64,000 nt of DNA from positions 1 to 64,000 of the IMG/VR virus record IMGVR_UViG_3300009093_000035, one strand, 5' to 3'. This document shows, one piece after another, positions 25,766 through 35,167 of the stretch. The notes under the pieces are model-generated. The model ran no database searches and was not told where the DNA came from. It saw only the letters and a list, made by a program, of their open reading frames with translations. The first letter of the stretch is position 1; every line of letters starts with the position of its first letter. The translations under genes and the position numbers were made by a program.

Positions 25766-26854
25766 TTAGAGCCCGAAGCCTTCTTTGGGGGCTAGGATCA
25801 AAGTGGTTGAGTTCTTCGCGTATCCGACTCGAAGAGAGACGCTGCCCGGGGCGGACGGAGGGGTGGTGGTGAGATCCCCCGCAGTCCCCAAGTAGTATTT
25901 CGCTCCCGGAGTAAGAGGCGCTCCTGGCCATGGGAACTCCCCGTAGTAAGCGATCGTGGCGGTTCCGGGAGAGGGGATCGCGTAGATCAGTCCTCCAAAG
26001 GGGGTCGAAGTAGATTGATCTACATTCGAAGCCATCACCACCGTGTTCGGAGTGGAGCTGGGTATGACTGCAGTCCCTACAGTGAGCCCCGAGTGGAGCC
26101 AAGCTCCGGGAGGGGAGAGAAGGAGGGTGTTCGTACCTCCCGCAACGGTCGTAGGTGTGTAAGCCGATCCGTCCCACACCAGCGCCTGTCCGGCAGTAGG
26201 AGCTACGGCCGAAACGGCGTGAGACTGAATCGCTACCACGGTAGCGGCTTGCGAACCGGTTCCCGGTCCGGCGGTGACGTCGGCGGTGAGCTGGATGATC
26301 CCGCTTCCGGCTCCGGCTGGTAGCGCCAACCACTTCGTACCATTCCAGGTCAGAACGTAGTTCGTCGTAGGTGGGGTCGAGAGGTCTAGAGCGTACCCTT
26401 GAAGCTTCGAGATCGTCGGGCCTGGATAGGCCCCGCCGAGGTCCCCCGTAGCAGAACCAATAGGGGGTCGAGAATCGGAGAGTCGAGGATCGTTTCCGGC
26501 TGCGGCCTGATGAGATCCGACTCCGAGGGTTCGAAGTCCAGGACTGACCGCTACAGGATCCGATAGAGTGGGATCGAGGTTGGCGAGAGTAACCGTCCCG
26601 CCCGCGATCTTCGCTCCCGTAACCGACCCGGCAGCCAGCTGACTCGCCGAGATAGCCCCTACGGCGATCCCTGGATTCGGATACGTCCCCGTGAGGGAAC
26701 CTCCGGCGATTCCTCCGATCCCTACCCCCAGGGGTCCGGTGATCGAACCATCCTCCAAGACAACGTAAACCCCATCGCTTTTCGTGTACAGCGTTGTAGC
26801 CAACGCCGACATCGGCGGATCGGAGACGCCGTTTTGGATGACGATAGTGGGCAT
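25766..26854 (-). CDS. tail fibre-like protein
   Basis: GGSLTGTYPNP, AAAGNDPRLSDSR, VLTWNGTKW and C-terminal LTPGAKYYLG..G.LTTTPP. Confidence 0.7.
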   Translation of the reverse strand: MPTIVIQNGVSDPPMSALATTLYTKSDGVYVVLEDGSITGPLGVGIGGIAGGSLTGTYPNPGIAVGAISASQLAAGSVTGAKIAGGTVTLANLDPTLSDPVAVSPGLRTLGVGSHQAAAGNDPRLSDSRPPIGSATGDLGGAYPGPTISKLQGYALDLSTPPTTNYVLTWNGTKWLALPAGAGSGIIQLTADVTAGPGTGSQAATVVAIQSHAVSAVAPTAGQALVWDGSAYTPTTVAGGTNTLLLSPPGAWLHSGLTVGTAVIPSSTPNTVVMASNVDQSTSTPFGGLIYAIPSPGTATIAYYGEFPWPGAPLTPGAKYYLGTAGDLTTTPPSAPGSVSLRVGYAKNSTTLILAPKEGFGL

Positions 26855-26924
26855 GAGCCTGAGAGCTTACTTCACCCTCGGAGGGCGATAGGATGTCGAC
26901 CGGGGCGTTTTACCCCGATCAAAA

Positions 26925-29624
26925 TCACCAATCCATCGGGTGTTTGATTACTTCAAGCGAGTCGAACTCGAAATAGTAGTTGGCGGTGGTGCCGGTATTG
27001 CCGAGGAACGCGAGCCCGCACGAGTCGAGGGTCGCGCCGTTCCAACCCGCTCCGAACGCACCTACCGATGCTGCGAACGTCTTATCGCTCATCATGTCCG
27101 CATTTCGAGAAGTGGTCGCCGCCGGAACATCGAGCTTGAAATTGCCGCGGAACTTCGGCGGAGACCCGGCGGTCTTCCGCGCCGTCGTCTCGTACTCGAA
27201 GAGCGCTGACAGCGAACGGTCGTCCCCGATACCAAGGTTGAGATCGAAGGTCGGCCAAGAGGGCGTCCCTCCAGACAACGACGTCGTACCGCCAGCGATG
27301 TAGGCGAATCGCGTGAATCCGCCGATCTGAGTCATCGACGAAAGCGAGTAGTGGGAAGCGCCGGTGAGCTTGTTTCCGAGGAACGAAGCGCCTGCCGAGT
27401 ACCACTCAGTGTAGTGAGTGAAGTCGGCGATACCCACTAGTCGGAACCTCAGGATGTACCGCTTCGCATCCGTGTCGTAGATGGGCAACGTGAGGTCGTT
27501 GATCATGATCGACGTCATGAGGAGCCCCGTCGCCTTCGTGGGGAAGGCGACTCGAAGACGCGGGCCCTCTAGACCGGTCACCTTCGAGACCACACATCCG
27601 CCCGAGGCGATATCATCCTTACAGATGGTGAACTGAGAAGCGTCGGTCTCGTTCCATCTCCAGATCACCGGGCTCGAATTCGGTTGGATCGGGAAGGGAC
27701 TCCCGCTCCCCGGCTGGACGTAGAACTGCTTGACTCCGCCGAAGTCCTTCGCGTAGAGGATCGGACGTCCCGTAGCCGCCGGATCCGTTCCGTTGTCGTA
27801 GACTTCGAGGCGCCCGGGCGTGTTGATCTCACCGAGAACTTCTCGACCTTCAGTAGCTCCAGTGACGACCATCTTCCCACGATGGGTCCACGTCGGAAGA
27901 TTCGGAATCCCTCCCGAGAAGATCGCCTTCGAGGTAAGGGTTCCCACCAAGACATTTCCCGCGTCGGAAACGTTGCCAGGGAACGAAGGCCCGGACCCTC
28001 CGTCGATAGAAGCGTCTCCCCCGGTCTGACCCGCACCGGCCGCCCGACCAGCCGATAGGATCAGCGCGCCGCCGGTCCCTGATGTACCGGGCGTGTCAGT
28101 ATCCCCGCCCGCAACTACCAGCATGCCGCCGTTCGCGTTGTTGTTCCCTTGTCCCGCCTGAATGACCATCTGGGAACCGTCCGAGTCCACCGAAGTGGGA
28201 CGACCCGCCGAGATAGTGATCGAGGTGGTGTTAACCGTCCCCCACGTCAAACCGGTCTTCGGGTCGACGTTCAAAGACGTGTCCCCAGAGTCCTTCGAGA
28301 GGTAGAGGAGCGAGTCCTTCATCTTCGCTCCCCTCATGACCACGGCGTGGCCGAAAGAGAGAGCGCTAGGCGAGAAGTCGAACGTAGCGAGACCCTGAGT
28401 CCCGCTAAGGGGCGAAACGGCTGGGTTTGCGAGTTGGACCAAGAGCGCGGTGTTCTCGGTGTTCGCCGTTGTTCCCTGGAAGATCTTCACGGCGTTCCCG
28501 CCGTCGACTCCTGTAGTGGTGATCGTACTTCCGCCGTCGTAGGCCCCCTGAAGGGTCAAGATACCCAGGGTCACCTGGGTCCAGGAGGTGTTCGAGGCGC
28601 CCGTCTTCACATAGAGGGTTCCGCCGCTGACCCCGCCCTTGAAGAAGAGGGAACCGCGATTCGCGACAACGCCGCCTCCTGCCGAGGGAACCACCGTACC
28701 AGAGAAGAGACCTACCGCGGTTCCGGACTGATTCAGAGTGACGGCCTCGCCCTGAGTCACGGATCGGAAACTGGAGAGGTTGATTCTTCCGGGCGTAGTC
28801 CCGTCTCCGGAGGCGAGAGTGAGATCGCCCCCGTTGAGGTTCCCGTCTCCTCCGGAGATGTTGAGGCCGCCTCCGTCTGCGTTGTCGCTACTTCCGCCTG
28901 AGATGAGGATCGCGCCCCCATTCCCATCTACCGAGTCTCCGCCCCGAAGGCTCAGCCCTCCGCCGTTGGCCGAGTCGCCCGGACCTCCGGTGATACGGAT
29001 GTCCGAACCGAGACTCCCATCCGTCCACCCGTTGATGGATACCGCTCCAAGGGAATCGATCGTGAGAACGTCGTTCCCTTGGGCCTGGAACTGAATGACG
29101 CCGCCAGATCCGGTGGCGTTGACGAAGACTCCGGGTCCCGTCGTAGACGGACCCATGCTCACGTTGAGGCCGCTTCCCGACCCGCTTACCGTTCGAACGA
29201 GGGAGAAGAGATCGACACCGGAGCCCGAACCGCCGTCTCGGAAGATCACCGGAGCCGCCGCGGGGACGTTCACGTCATTCGCAGGAGTCCCGGTCGAGAT
29301 CACTTGGGCGAGCGTCTGAGACCCTCCGCCCCCACCGCCCGGAGCGGCCTTCCACTTCGTACCGTCCCAGGTCAGGACCTGGCCGGCAGCCGGGGCCATC
29401 GTCAGGTCGACTGCGTACCCCTGGAGCTTCGCGATCGTCGGACTCGGGTAAGCTCCGGTGAGATCTCCCGAAGCCGGGGCTCCGGTAATGCCTTGGCCCA
29501 GCGGGCCGATCTCGGTCGAGTCTTCCAGAACGACGTAGATGCCATCGTCTTTCGAAAAGATGGTCGTGGCCGAGGCGATCGGTAGGGGAGTCCCAGTGTC
29601 GTTTCGGATTACGATGGAGGGCAT
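26925..29624 (-). CDS. large tail fibre-like protein
   Basis: Start MPSIVIRND at 29624; N-terminus paralogous to 25766-26854; GG-rich repeats. Confidence 0.7.
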   Translation of the reverse strand: MPSIVIRNDTGTPLPIASATTIFSKDDGIYVVLEDSTEIGPLGQGITGAPASGDLTGAYPSPTIAKLQGYAVDLTMAPAAGQVLTWDGTKWKAAPGGGGGGSQTLAQVISTGTPANDVNVPAAAPVIFRDGGSGSGVDLFSLVRTVSGSGSGLNVSMGPSTTGPGVFVNATGSGGVIQFQAQGNDVLTIDSLGAVSINGWTDGSLGSDIRITGGPGDSANGGGLSLRGGDSVDGNGGAILISGGSSDNADGGGLNISGGDGNLNGGDLTLASGDGTTPGRINLSSFRSVTQGEAVTLNQSGTAVGLFSGTVVPSAGGGVVANRGSLFFKGGVSGGTLYVKTGASNTSWTQVTLGILTLQGAYDGGSTITTTGVDGGNAVKIFQGTTANTENTALLVQLANPAVSPLSGTQGLATFDFSPSALSFGHAVVMRGAKMKDSLLYLSKDSGDTSLNVDPKTGLTWGTVNTTSITISAGRPTSVDSDGSQMVIQAGQGNNNANGGMLVVAGGDTDTPGTSGTGGALILSAGRAAGAGQTGGDASIDGGSGPSFPGNVSDAGNVLVGTLTSKAIFSGGIPNLPTWTHRGKMVVTGATEGREVLGEINTPGRLEVYDNGTDPAATGRPILYAKDFGGVKQFYVQPGSGSPFPIQPNSSPVIWRWNETDASQFTICKDDIASGGCVVSKVTGLEGPRLRVAFPTKATGLLMTSIMINDLTLPIYDTDAKRYILRFRLVGIADFTHYTEWYSAGASFLGNKLTGASHYSLSSMTQIGGFTRFAYIAGGTTSLSGGTPSWPTFDLNLGIGDDRSLSALFEYETTARKTAGSPPKFRGNFKLDVPAATTSRNADMMSDKTFAASVGAFGAGWNGATLDSCGLAFLGNTGTTANYYFEFDSLEVIKHPMDW

Positions 29625-29735
29625 GAAGCGCGAATTCCGTAACACTACTACATGATAGGAAAGGGACCGCCGTTCGGGAAAAGATGGGGGAAGGGCGTTT
29701 CGCCTCGATAAGATCGCTATGATCTCTCGACGTGT

Positions 29736-30356
29736 ATGAACCAGGTCGGTAGCGGAGAGCGCGTTCTCATCCTGAGCGATCGGGTGAGCACCAGTAGCAC
29801 CATCGGTGCGGACCAGGAAACTCCGGAAGCTGGTCGGATCATCGTCTTCCTCGATTCGCTACCCTCCCAGGGTATCTGGTCGAAGGACGAGTTCGGAGTC
29901 GTGAAGGCGCTGAACGGAGGCGTCTTCTCCGACGCCGCGTGGCTTCCCTTCGTCCCGGCCCCCTCCCCAACTCCGACCGGAGACATCACCCACCCGGGTC
30001 GAGCAGCTGTGGGCGTCCTCGCTTCAAGCGCGATGCTCGTGGGGATCCAGTTCCAGGTCGAAGGCGACTCTGCCCTGGACGGTTCAGTCTTCGTTCAGGA
30101 GAAGGCTTCGCCCGCAGCGGATCAGACCGGTCGGAACCAGGTCCTCGCCCACACGGTAGACAGCGGTCTTTACACGAAGCCCGAAGGCCTCCCCGAGCGT
30201 CGTATTGACGCCCCTGGCCTGATTCGGAAGTCCATCCCGGACAACGAGACGGTGATCGCCCCAGACGGTGGTCAGTACCTCGTCTTCGGAAGTTTCGTCT
30301 TGGGGACCGGAGCTTCACTTATCCTGGAGGGGGACGCGGATCTCGTGATCCTCTGA
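29736..30356 (+). CDS. virion-associated hypothetical protein
   Basis: TPEAGRIIVF...GIWSKDEFG module resembles the fibre N-termini. Confidence 0.55.
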   Translation: MNQVGSGERVLILSDRVSTSSTIGADQETPEAGRIIVFLDSLPSQGIWSKDEFGVVKALNGGVFSDAAWLPFVPAPSPTPTGDITHPGRAAVGVLASSAMLVGIQFQVEGDSALDGSVFVQEKASPAADQTGRNQVLAHTVDSGLYTKPEGLPERRIDAPGLIRKSIPDNETVIAPDGGQYLVFGSFVLGTGASLILEGDADLVIL

Positions 30357-30391
30357 ACCCTCTATCGTCTCGAAGCTTCTAGGAGAACATC

Positions 30392-30616
30392 ATGATCAAT
30401 CGATCCGCCCTCGGACCCTCCAACATCTTCCCCGGAGCCGGCATCTCGGACGCCGACATCGCGGGAGAGACCCCCGTCGAGACACCCCCCTCGAAGCCTG
30501 CCCATCCTCGGAAGTCGCCCTCGAAGCCGTCTGCCCCGAAGGCGAAGAAGGCTGAGCCCGCCGCGAAGCCGAAGAAGGCCGAACCGGCGAAGAAGCCCTC
30601 GAAGTCGAAGAAGTAG
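30392..30616 (+). CDS. small Lys/Pro/Ala-rich (histone H1-like) protein
   Basis: KAKKAEPAAKPKKAEPAKKPSKSKK; AGGAG RBS. Confidence 0.55.
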   Translation: MINRSALGPSNIFPGAGISDADIAGETPVETPPSKPAHPRKSPSKPSAPKAKKAEPAAKPKKAEPAKKPSKSKK

Positions 30617-30629
30617 TCCGAGCCCACTC

Positions 30630-31061
30630 GTGCTTTTCAACGTCTCCAAGTACATCCCGGAAGGCCTGTACGGATTCTTGGTAGGGGAAGACGGCGCTCG
30701 CGCCTTCTTCCACCTCTCCGAGTTCCATCCCGGGGTAGGGGGACCGCCTCCGATCACAGGAGAGCCGGTAGAGGTCGCGAGACTCGAAGAGAACGGGGAC
30801 AAGGCTCCGCGTGCTCGCGAAGTGACGCGTCTCCGAATCCCCGAGTTCTTCACCGGAACCGTTACTCGATTCGATCCCAACGTGGGGTACGGATTCGTGA
30901 CGGTAGAAGGTCGCCAGTTCTTCCTCCATCGGAGCGAACTGGCGAACGGAGATCTTCCTCGTATCGGGATGATCGTGTCCTTCTTCGCTGGAGATCCTAC
31001 CGTGGCTGGAAAGCCCCCTAGGGCGTGTTACGCCTCTATCATCGATCGAGGGACCGCATGA
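30630..31061 (+). CDS. tandem cold-shock domain protein
   Basis: Two CSDs: YGFL...AFFHLSE and GTVTRFDPNVGYGFV...FFLHRSEL. Confidence 0.85.
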   Translation: MLFNVSKYIPEGLYGFLVGEDGARAFFHLSEFHPGVGGPPPITGEPVEVARLEENGDKAPRAREVTRLRIPEFFTGTVTRFDPNVGYGFVTVEGRQFFLHRSELANGDLPRIGMIVSFFAGDPTVAGKPPRACYASIIDRGTA

Positions 31062-31085
31062 GCGTAAGGGCCCGGAGGCCTGCTC

Positions 31086-31394
31086 ATGACCGACCTGACC
31101 GAAGAAGAGAAGGCGTTGATTGCGGACGAGATCCAAGATCTCTGTAGGCGAGTAGCGAACGGGGAACGCTACAACATCGTAAGGTACCACGAGACCCGCG
31201 GCTCCTTCCTTCCTCACGATGAGAAAACCCAAGTCGTAGCCTGGGGCGTCTGTAGAGAGGCCTTGGAGAAAGCGCTTTCGAGACGTCCGGCTCCGCCTCC
31301 ATGCGAGGTCCTTCTCGAAGGAATCGGGGTGAAGTGTACGCTCCCGAAAGGCCATCTGTTTCCTTACCACGCTCACGTCCCCGTTCGACGGTAA
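31086..31394 (+). CDS. hypothetical protein
   Basis: GGAGG RBS; C-terminal C..C.LPKGH..H. Confidence 0.5.
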   Translation: MTDLTEEEKALIADEIQDLCRRVANGERYNIVRYHETRGSFLPHDEKTQVVAWGVCREALEKALSRRPAPPPCEVLLEGIGVKCTLPKGHLFPYHAHVPVRR

Positions 31395-31413
31395 CGTTTC
31401 CCCGAGGTACCAC

Positions 31414-31977
31414 GTGAACGATCGGAACGCCTTCGGAGGGAAAAACCCCAAGTCTGTCTACGTCCCGATGTCGGAGACGGAACAGGAAGCGATCTCCCGT
31501 CTCGTAGAGGCTCAACTCCTCGAAGTCGCGATCCACGGCTGGGGCCTGATCGCAGAACCGAAGATCCAATTCGGCGACAAACAGATCATGATTCCGATCT
31601 CGGTCACGTTCGACCGAATCCCGAATCCAGTGCCGGTCTACTTCTTCGATCTGGAACTCCGGACGAAGACCGGGATTTGCCTCTTCCGAGAGAAGCAATC
31701 GGCCGTCTACGACAACAAGCCGGTGATCCTCCAGACCGGGACCGAGCTGAACATGATCTGGCACATCGGGATCAAGGCCATGGATCCCGCGCTCGTGAAG
31801 TCGATCGTCCCCGGAGCGATCGGTCTCACCTCGCGAGTGATCGACAAGGAGACGGGCGCGGCCACCGCCCTCGGGAACTACAAGGGCCTCTCCCGCGATC
31901 AGGTCGGTACCCTCGGCGCGATCCAACGCGGTGAGGACCGTATCAAGCGTGAGAAGAAGAAGCCCGGGAACTCCTGA
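31414..31977 (+). CDS. hypothetical protein
   Basis: 187 aa, strong codon bias. Confidence 0.6.
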   Translation: MNDRNAFGGKNPKSVYVPMSETEQEAISRLVEAQLLEVAIHGWGLIAEPKIQFGDKQIMIPISVTFDRIPNPVPVYFFDLELRTKTGICLFREKQSAVYDNKPVILQTGTELNMIWHIGIKAMDPALVKSIVPGAIGLTSRVIDKETGAATALGNYKGLSRDQVGTLGAIQRGEDRIKREKKKPGNS

Positions 31978-32303
31978 TGAGCAAGCACGCGAACTGGTGG
32001 TTCGACGAACTGGGGGTGAACAACCTCGCGGGAGTCCCGGGGGATGACTCCAACCGAGTGATTCTCCCCGACGCGACCATCGTCCAGTTCCTTCTCGGGA
32101 ACCCCCAAGCTCGGATCGACTTCCAGGCGCTCGTCCCAACGATGCTCCCGGAAGAGCAAGACCGCCTGAACGGCATCGTGGCTCGAAACCCGCGAGTCCT
32201 TCAGAAGGATCCCGACCCGGATCCTCAGGTCGTGGACGACCAATTCCAAAACACCCTGAATCGTCAGGGTGTGTTCTACGACCCCAACCGGAGAAGACGA
32301 TGA
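31977..32303 (+). CDS. hypothetical protein
   Basis: TGATG coupling. Confidence 0.55.
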   Translation: MSKHANWWFDELGVNNLAGVPGDDSNRVILPDATIVQFLLGNPQARIDFQALVPTMLPEEQDRLNGIVARNPRVLQKDPDPDPQVVDDQFQNTLNRQGVFYDPNRRRR

Positions 32304-32674
32304 TTCGTATCCTACTCGTGGTCCTGGCGTTCTCGTTCGTCGGCTGCGGGACTCTCCGAGACCCGGCCGTCTACTCGACGGAGATCCAGTTCACGGATCT
32401 CTTCGTTCAGAGGGGCGCTCCGAGCGTACATCGCTTCCTGACGGGCTCGTGCTCGTGCGCTCCCGAAGCGGTGGCCTGGACGGCGACTTCGGACGGAGTC
32501 TCGAACGCGGAGTGCGAAGCTGCTGCCGACTGGTACCGGACGTACGGAGCCCGGTGGGGCTGGCACGTATCGATGATGCGCTACAACGGCAACCTCGACG
32601 GGGCGACGGATCCCGGGGCGGTCCCTACGATCCCCCACTCGTGTGACCTTCCGGCCCCTGGAGGCTCCCAGTGA
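32300..32674 (+). CDS. lipoprotein
   Basis: MIRILLVVLAFSFVG-C lipobox. Confidence 0.65.
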   Translation: MIRILLVVLAFSFVGCGTLRDPAVYSTEIQFTDLFVQRGAPSVHRFLTGSCSCAPEAVAWTATSDGVSNAECEAAADWYRTYGARWGWHVSMMRYNGNLDGATDPGAVPTIPHSCDLPAPGGSQ

Positions 32675-33066
32675 CCGACATCTTCGAGAAGGGCGGGGAA
32701 GCCGTCCTCGAACTCCTGAAGACGCAGGGAATCCCGGCGGTGACCTCCGCCCTCGGGGACCTCTCGAAGAGCGCGACCGAGGAGTGGCAGAAGAGCCTCC
32801 TGAAGCTCGGAGTCGCCCTCGTCTCCGACCATGGCCCGGACGGGCTCAACCTCCTCGAAGACATGGTCTCCCGGCTCCAGAGCGGGAAGACGGTCGACCT
32901 ATCGAAGCTGACCCTGGAGGAAGCCAGCTCCCTCCTCGCGGTCATGCAGAGGAAAGAAGCGGACACGAAGAACCAGGTCGCCCTCTACACCCAGATCGTG
33001 ATCGAGACGATCGGGAAGGGACTCTCGATCTTGATCTCGGTTCTCTTCCAGTCGATCAAGCTCTGA
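32671..33066 (+). CDS. helical hypothetical protein with hydrophobic C-terminus
   Basis: GTGA overlap with the lipoprotein gene. Confidence 0.55.
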   Translation: MTDIFEKGGEAVLELLKTQGIPAVTSALGDLSKSATEEWQKSLLKLGVALVSDHGPDGLNLLEDMVSRLQSGKTVDLSKLTLEEASSLLAVMQRKEADTKNQVALYTQIVIETIGKGLSILISVLFQSIKL

Positions 33067-33101
33067 TCGCCTCGCTTGAGTGGTTATAGTTTCGATGGGG
33101 T

Positions 33102-34541
33102 ATGGCGTCCCCTCGAAAACTCTTTCAAGCTATCGGTGCGACGCAACAAAGCGCTCGGGACGCGATCGGAGCGATCTCGTCCGCTGATGTAGGCGCTAGC
33201 TCCCCAGGCCCTTGGGCGAGCGTCCTCTACGTCGATCAGGTTCGAGGAAGCGACTCGACTGCAGCGCGAGGGAACGAGAATTTCCCGTTCGCAACGATCC
33301 AAGCCGCGTTGAACGCCGCCCAAACCGGAGACACGGTCTGGCTAGCACCTCAGCACTTCACAATCACCTCGACGTTGACGATTCCGAACACGGTGACGTA
33401 CCTCACGATCCGAGGTACGTCAACGAACCCGTCGAACACAAGCGTCTCCGGGACCCAACCCTGCTCGATCATCATCGGTGTAGGGATCAACGCCCTGGAC
33501 TTGTCGACGAATACCGCTGGGCTTCGCCTGAGTCTCTTCTACGTTCAGTTCGTGAACGCTTCGGCGGGCTTCTACTCGATCGTGGCGGACGGGTCGTTGG
33601 CCGACCTGCACCTTATGAGGCTGCATCTCAATTACTGTCAAGGAGTCTCGGTCTACGTTCGTCGGATACTCGAAGTCGAGTTCTACAGCTGCCAGAGTTC
33701 CTCGGCGAACGTCTTCAACGGTATGGGCTCCGTTACCGTGACCAATTCGGTTCTTTCCGGTGCGTCCACGCTCGCGTACGATGTTAGCGTCGATCCGGGA
33801 ATCCCGTCTCAGATGACGGTGCGTCAATCGATTCTCGGTCTCAGCACGACGTCCAACAAGCTGACTCTTACCGGCCAGGCATCACTCATCGTTGACGACA
33901 TGTCTTTCGTGAATGGGATCGTCGGTTCAGGTCTGCTGGCCCCTTCGGGTGGAGCAGCCCCCAGCGTCTCGTGTAGTGGTTACATCGGTTTCGGAAACGT
34001 CGATTTCGCCTCGGCAGGCTCGGAACTTCCCGACACGGCCACCGCGCTGACTTTCTCGTTCGTTGGGACGCGTTTCATCGGTCCTGGCTCAGGAGTCGCC
34101 GGACAGCCCGTACGTCCCGCAACGGTGATCAAGTTCAAAGTAGCAGGATCGGCGGTGAACTCCCAGACCATCGACATGTCTTGTACCCTCACCGGACCGA
34201 CTTGCGCGATCACCGCCGACGCCGGGATCAGTCTTCTCGGCCGAGGTTCTTCATGGCCTCAAGCGGTTTTGGCCACCCCAGGAACGACCGGATCTATCAC
34301 CCCTCCGCCCCTAAACGGAGTGGTCGACGTTTCGGCCGGAGGAGTTCAAGCGAAGACTTGGGCTCAACTCGGAGCCGGGGCCGGGCTCATCCGTACGAGC
34401 GTACCGACAACGGTTCTTCTGACGGATGCGGTCCAAGCGGCAAACTCGGTCGCCCCGACGGCTGGCAAGCTAGCTACTGGTTTCACGATCACGAATACCG
34501 GGCAGGGCGGTAACATCGTAAACTGGGAAGCTCGTTTCTAG
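33102..34541 (+). CDS. beta-helix tailspike-like protein with MASPRKLFQA leader
   Basis: VLYVDQVRGSD...PFATIQAALNAA..GDTV start of a pectin-lyase-like fold. Confidence 0.75.
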   Translation: MASPRKLFQAIGATQQSARDAIGAISSADVGASSPGPWASVLYVDQVRGSDSTAARGNENFPFATIQAALNAAQTGDTVWLAPQHFTITSTLTIPNTVTYLTIRGTSTNPSNTSVSGTQPCSIIIGVGINALDLSTNTAGLRLSLFYVQFVNASAGFYSIVADGSLADLHLMRLHLNYCQGVSVYVRRILEVEFYSCQSSSANVFNGMGSVTVTNSVLSGASTLAYDVSVDPGIPSQMTVRQSILGLSTTSNKLTLTGQASLIVDDMSFVNGIVGSGLLAPSGGAAPSVSCSGYIGFGNVDFASAGSELPDTATALTFSFVGTRFIGPGSGVAGQPVRPATVIKFKVAGSAVNSQTIDMSCTLTGPTCAITADAGISLLGRGSSWPQAVLATPGTTGSITPPPLNGVVDVSAGGVQAKTWAQLGAGAGLIRTSVPTTVLLTDAVQAANSVAPTAGKLATGFTITNTGQGGNIVNWEARF

Positions 34542-34613
34542 ACCCGACCCGAGCGGGAAGAGTGTAAAGACTCTCCTCCCGCTCGTTATACAGGCAGAAG
34601 CGAGACTTTTGCC

Positions 34614-35165
34614 ATGAACACCACCCATTTCGCGTTGATTTTCCTCGCCTTTTCGGCGACCGGCTGCGCCTTCGACTTCGCCCCGCTCCACGGGACGGGT
34701 CTGAACATGGCGGATTCCGGGCCGAATCTCGGCGACGGTGGTCCGACGCTACCCGACGCGTACATGGACCTCCCGGACTCGGGGGTGGACGCCTACGTCG
34801 TCGCGGTTCCGGATGGTGGGGCGGATGCGGGTCTCGGCCCGACGGGTCTCGACGCGCGGTACGCGGTTCCCCCGGAGTCGAACCCGTCCTGCGGTATCCC
34901 GAGCATAAGCTGCACGATCAGCGCTACGAACGACGGCGTCTGCCGTCCGTACTCCCCGACCGAGCGCCGGTGCGAGTTGTGGACGACTCCACCCTCCGAC
35001 TGCGATACGACGAACTCCTGCCCGTGTTCCACCGGAGCCGACTGCTCTGACCTAGAGATGTGCGTCTCCGGTCAATGCCGAGCCTTCTGTATCATCGGAA
35101 CGGAGTGCAACGGGATGCCCTGTACGAGCATCGGCGATTCGCGATTGGGCTACTGCGAGCGTTGA
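34614..35165 (+). CDS. Cys-rich lipoprotein with DAG/DGG linker
   Basis: ATG-C lipobox, DSG/DGG/DAG motifs and many Cys. Confidence 0.7.
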   Translation: MNTTHFALIFLAFSATGCAFDFAPLHGTGLNMADSGPNLGDGGPTLPDAYMDLPDSGVDAYVVAVPDGGADAGLGPTGLDARYAVPPESNPSCGIPSISCTISATNDGVCRPYSPTERRCELWTTPPSDCDTTNSCPCSTGADCSDLEMCVSGQCRAFCIIGTECNGMPCTSIGDSRLGYCER

Positions 35166-35167
35166 AC

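Noticed and set aside
32300-33066. Rz/Rz1 spanin pair
   Set aside because: The lipoprotein precedes its partner, and the partner lacks an N-terminal TM with periplasmic coiled coil; support is insufficient.
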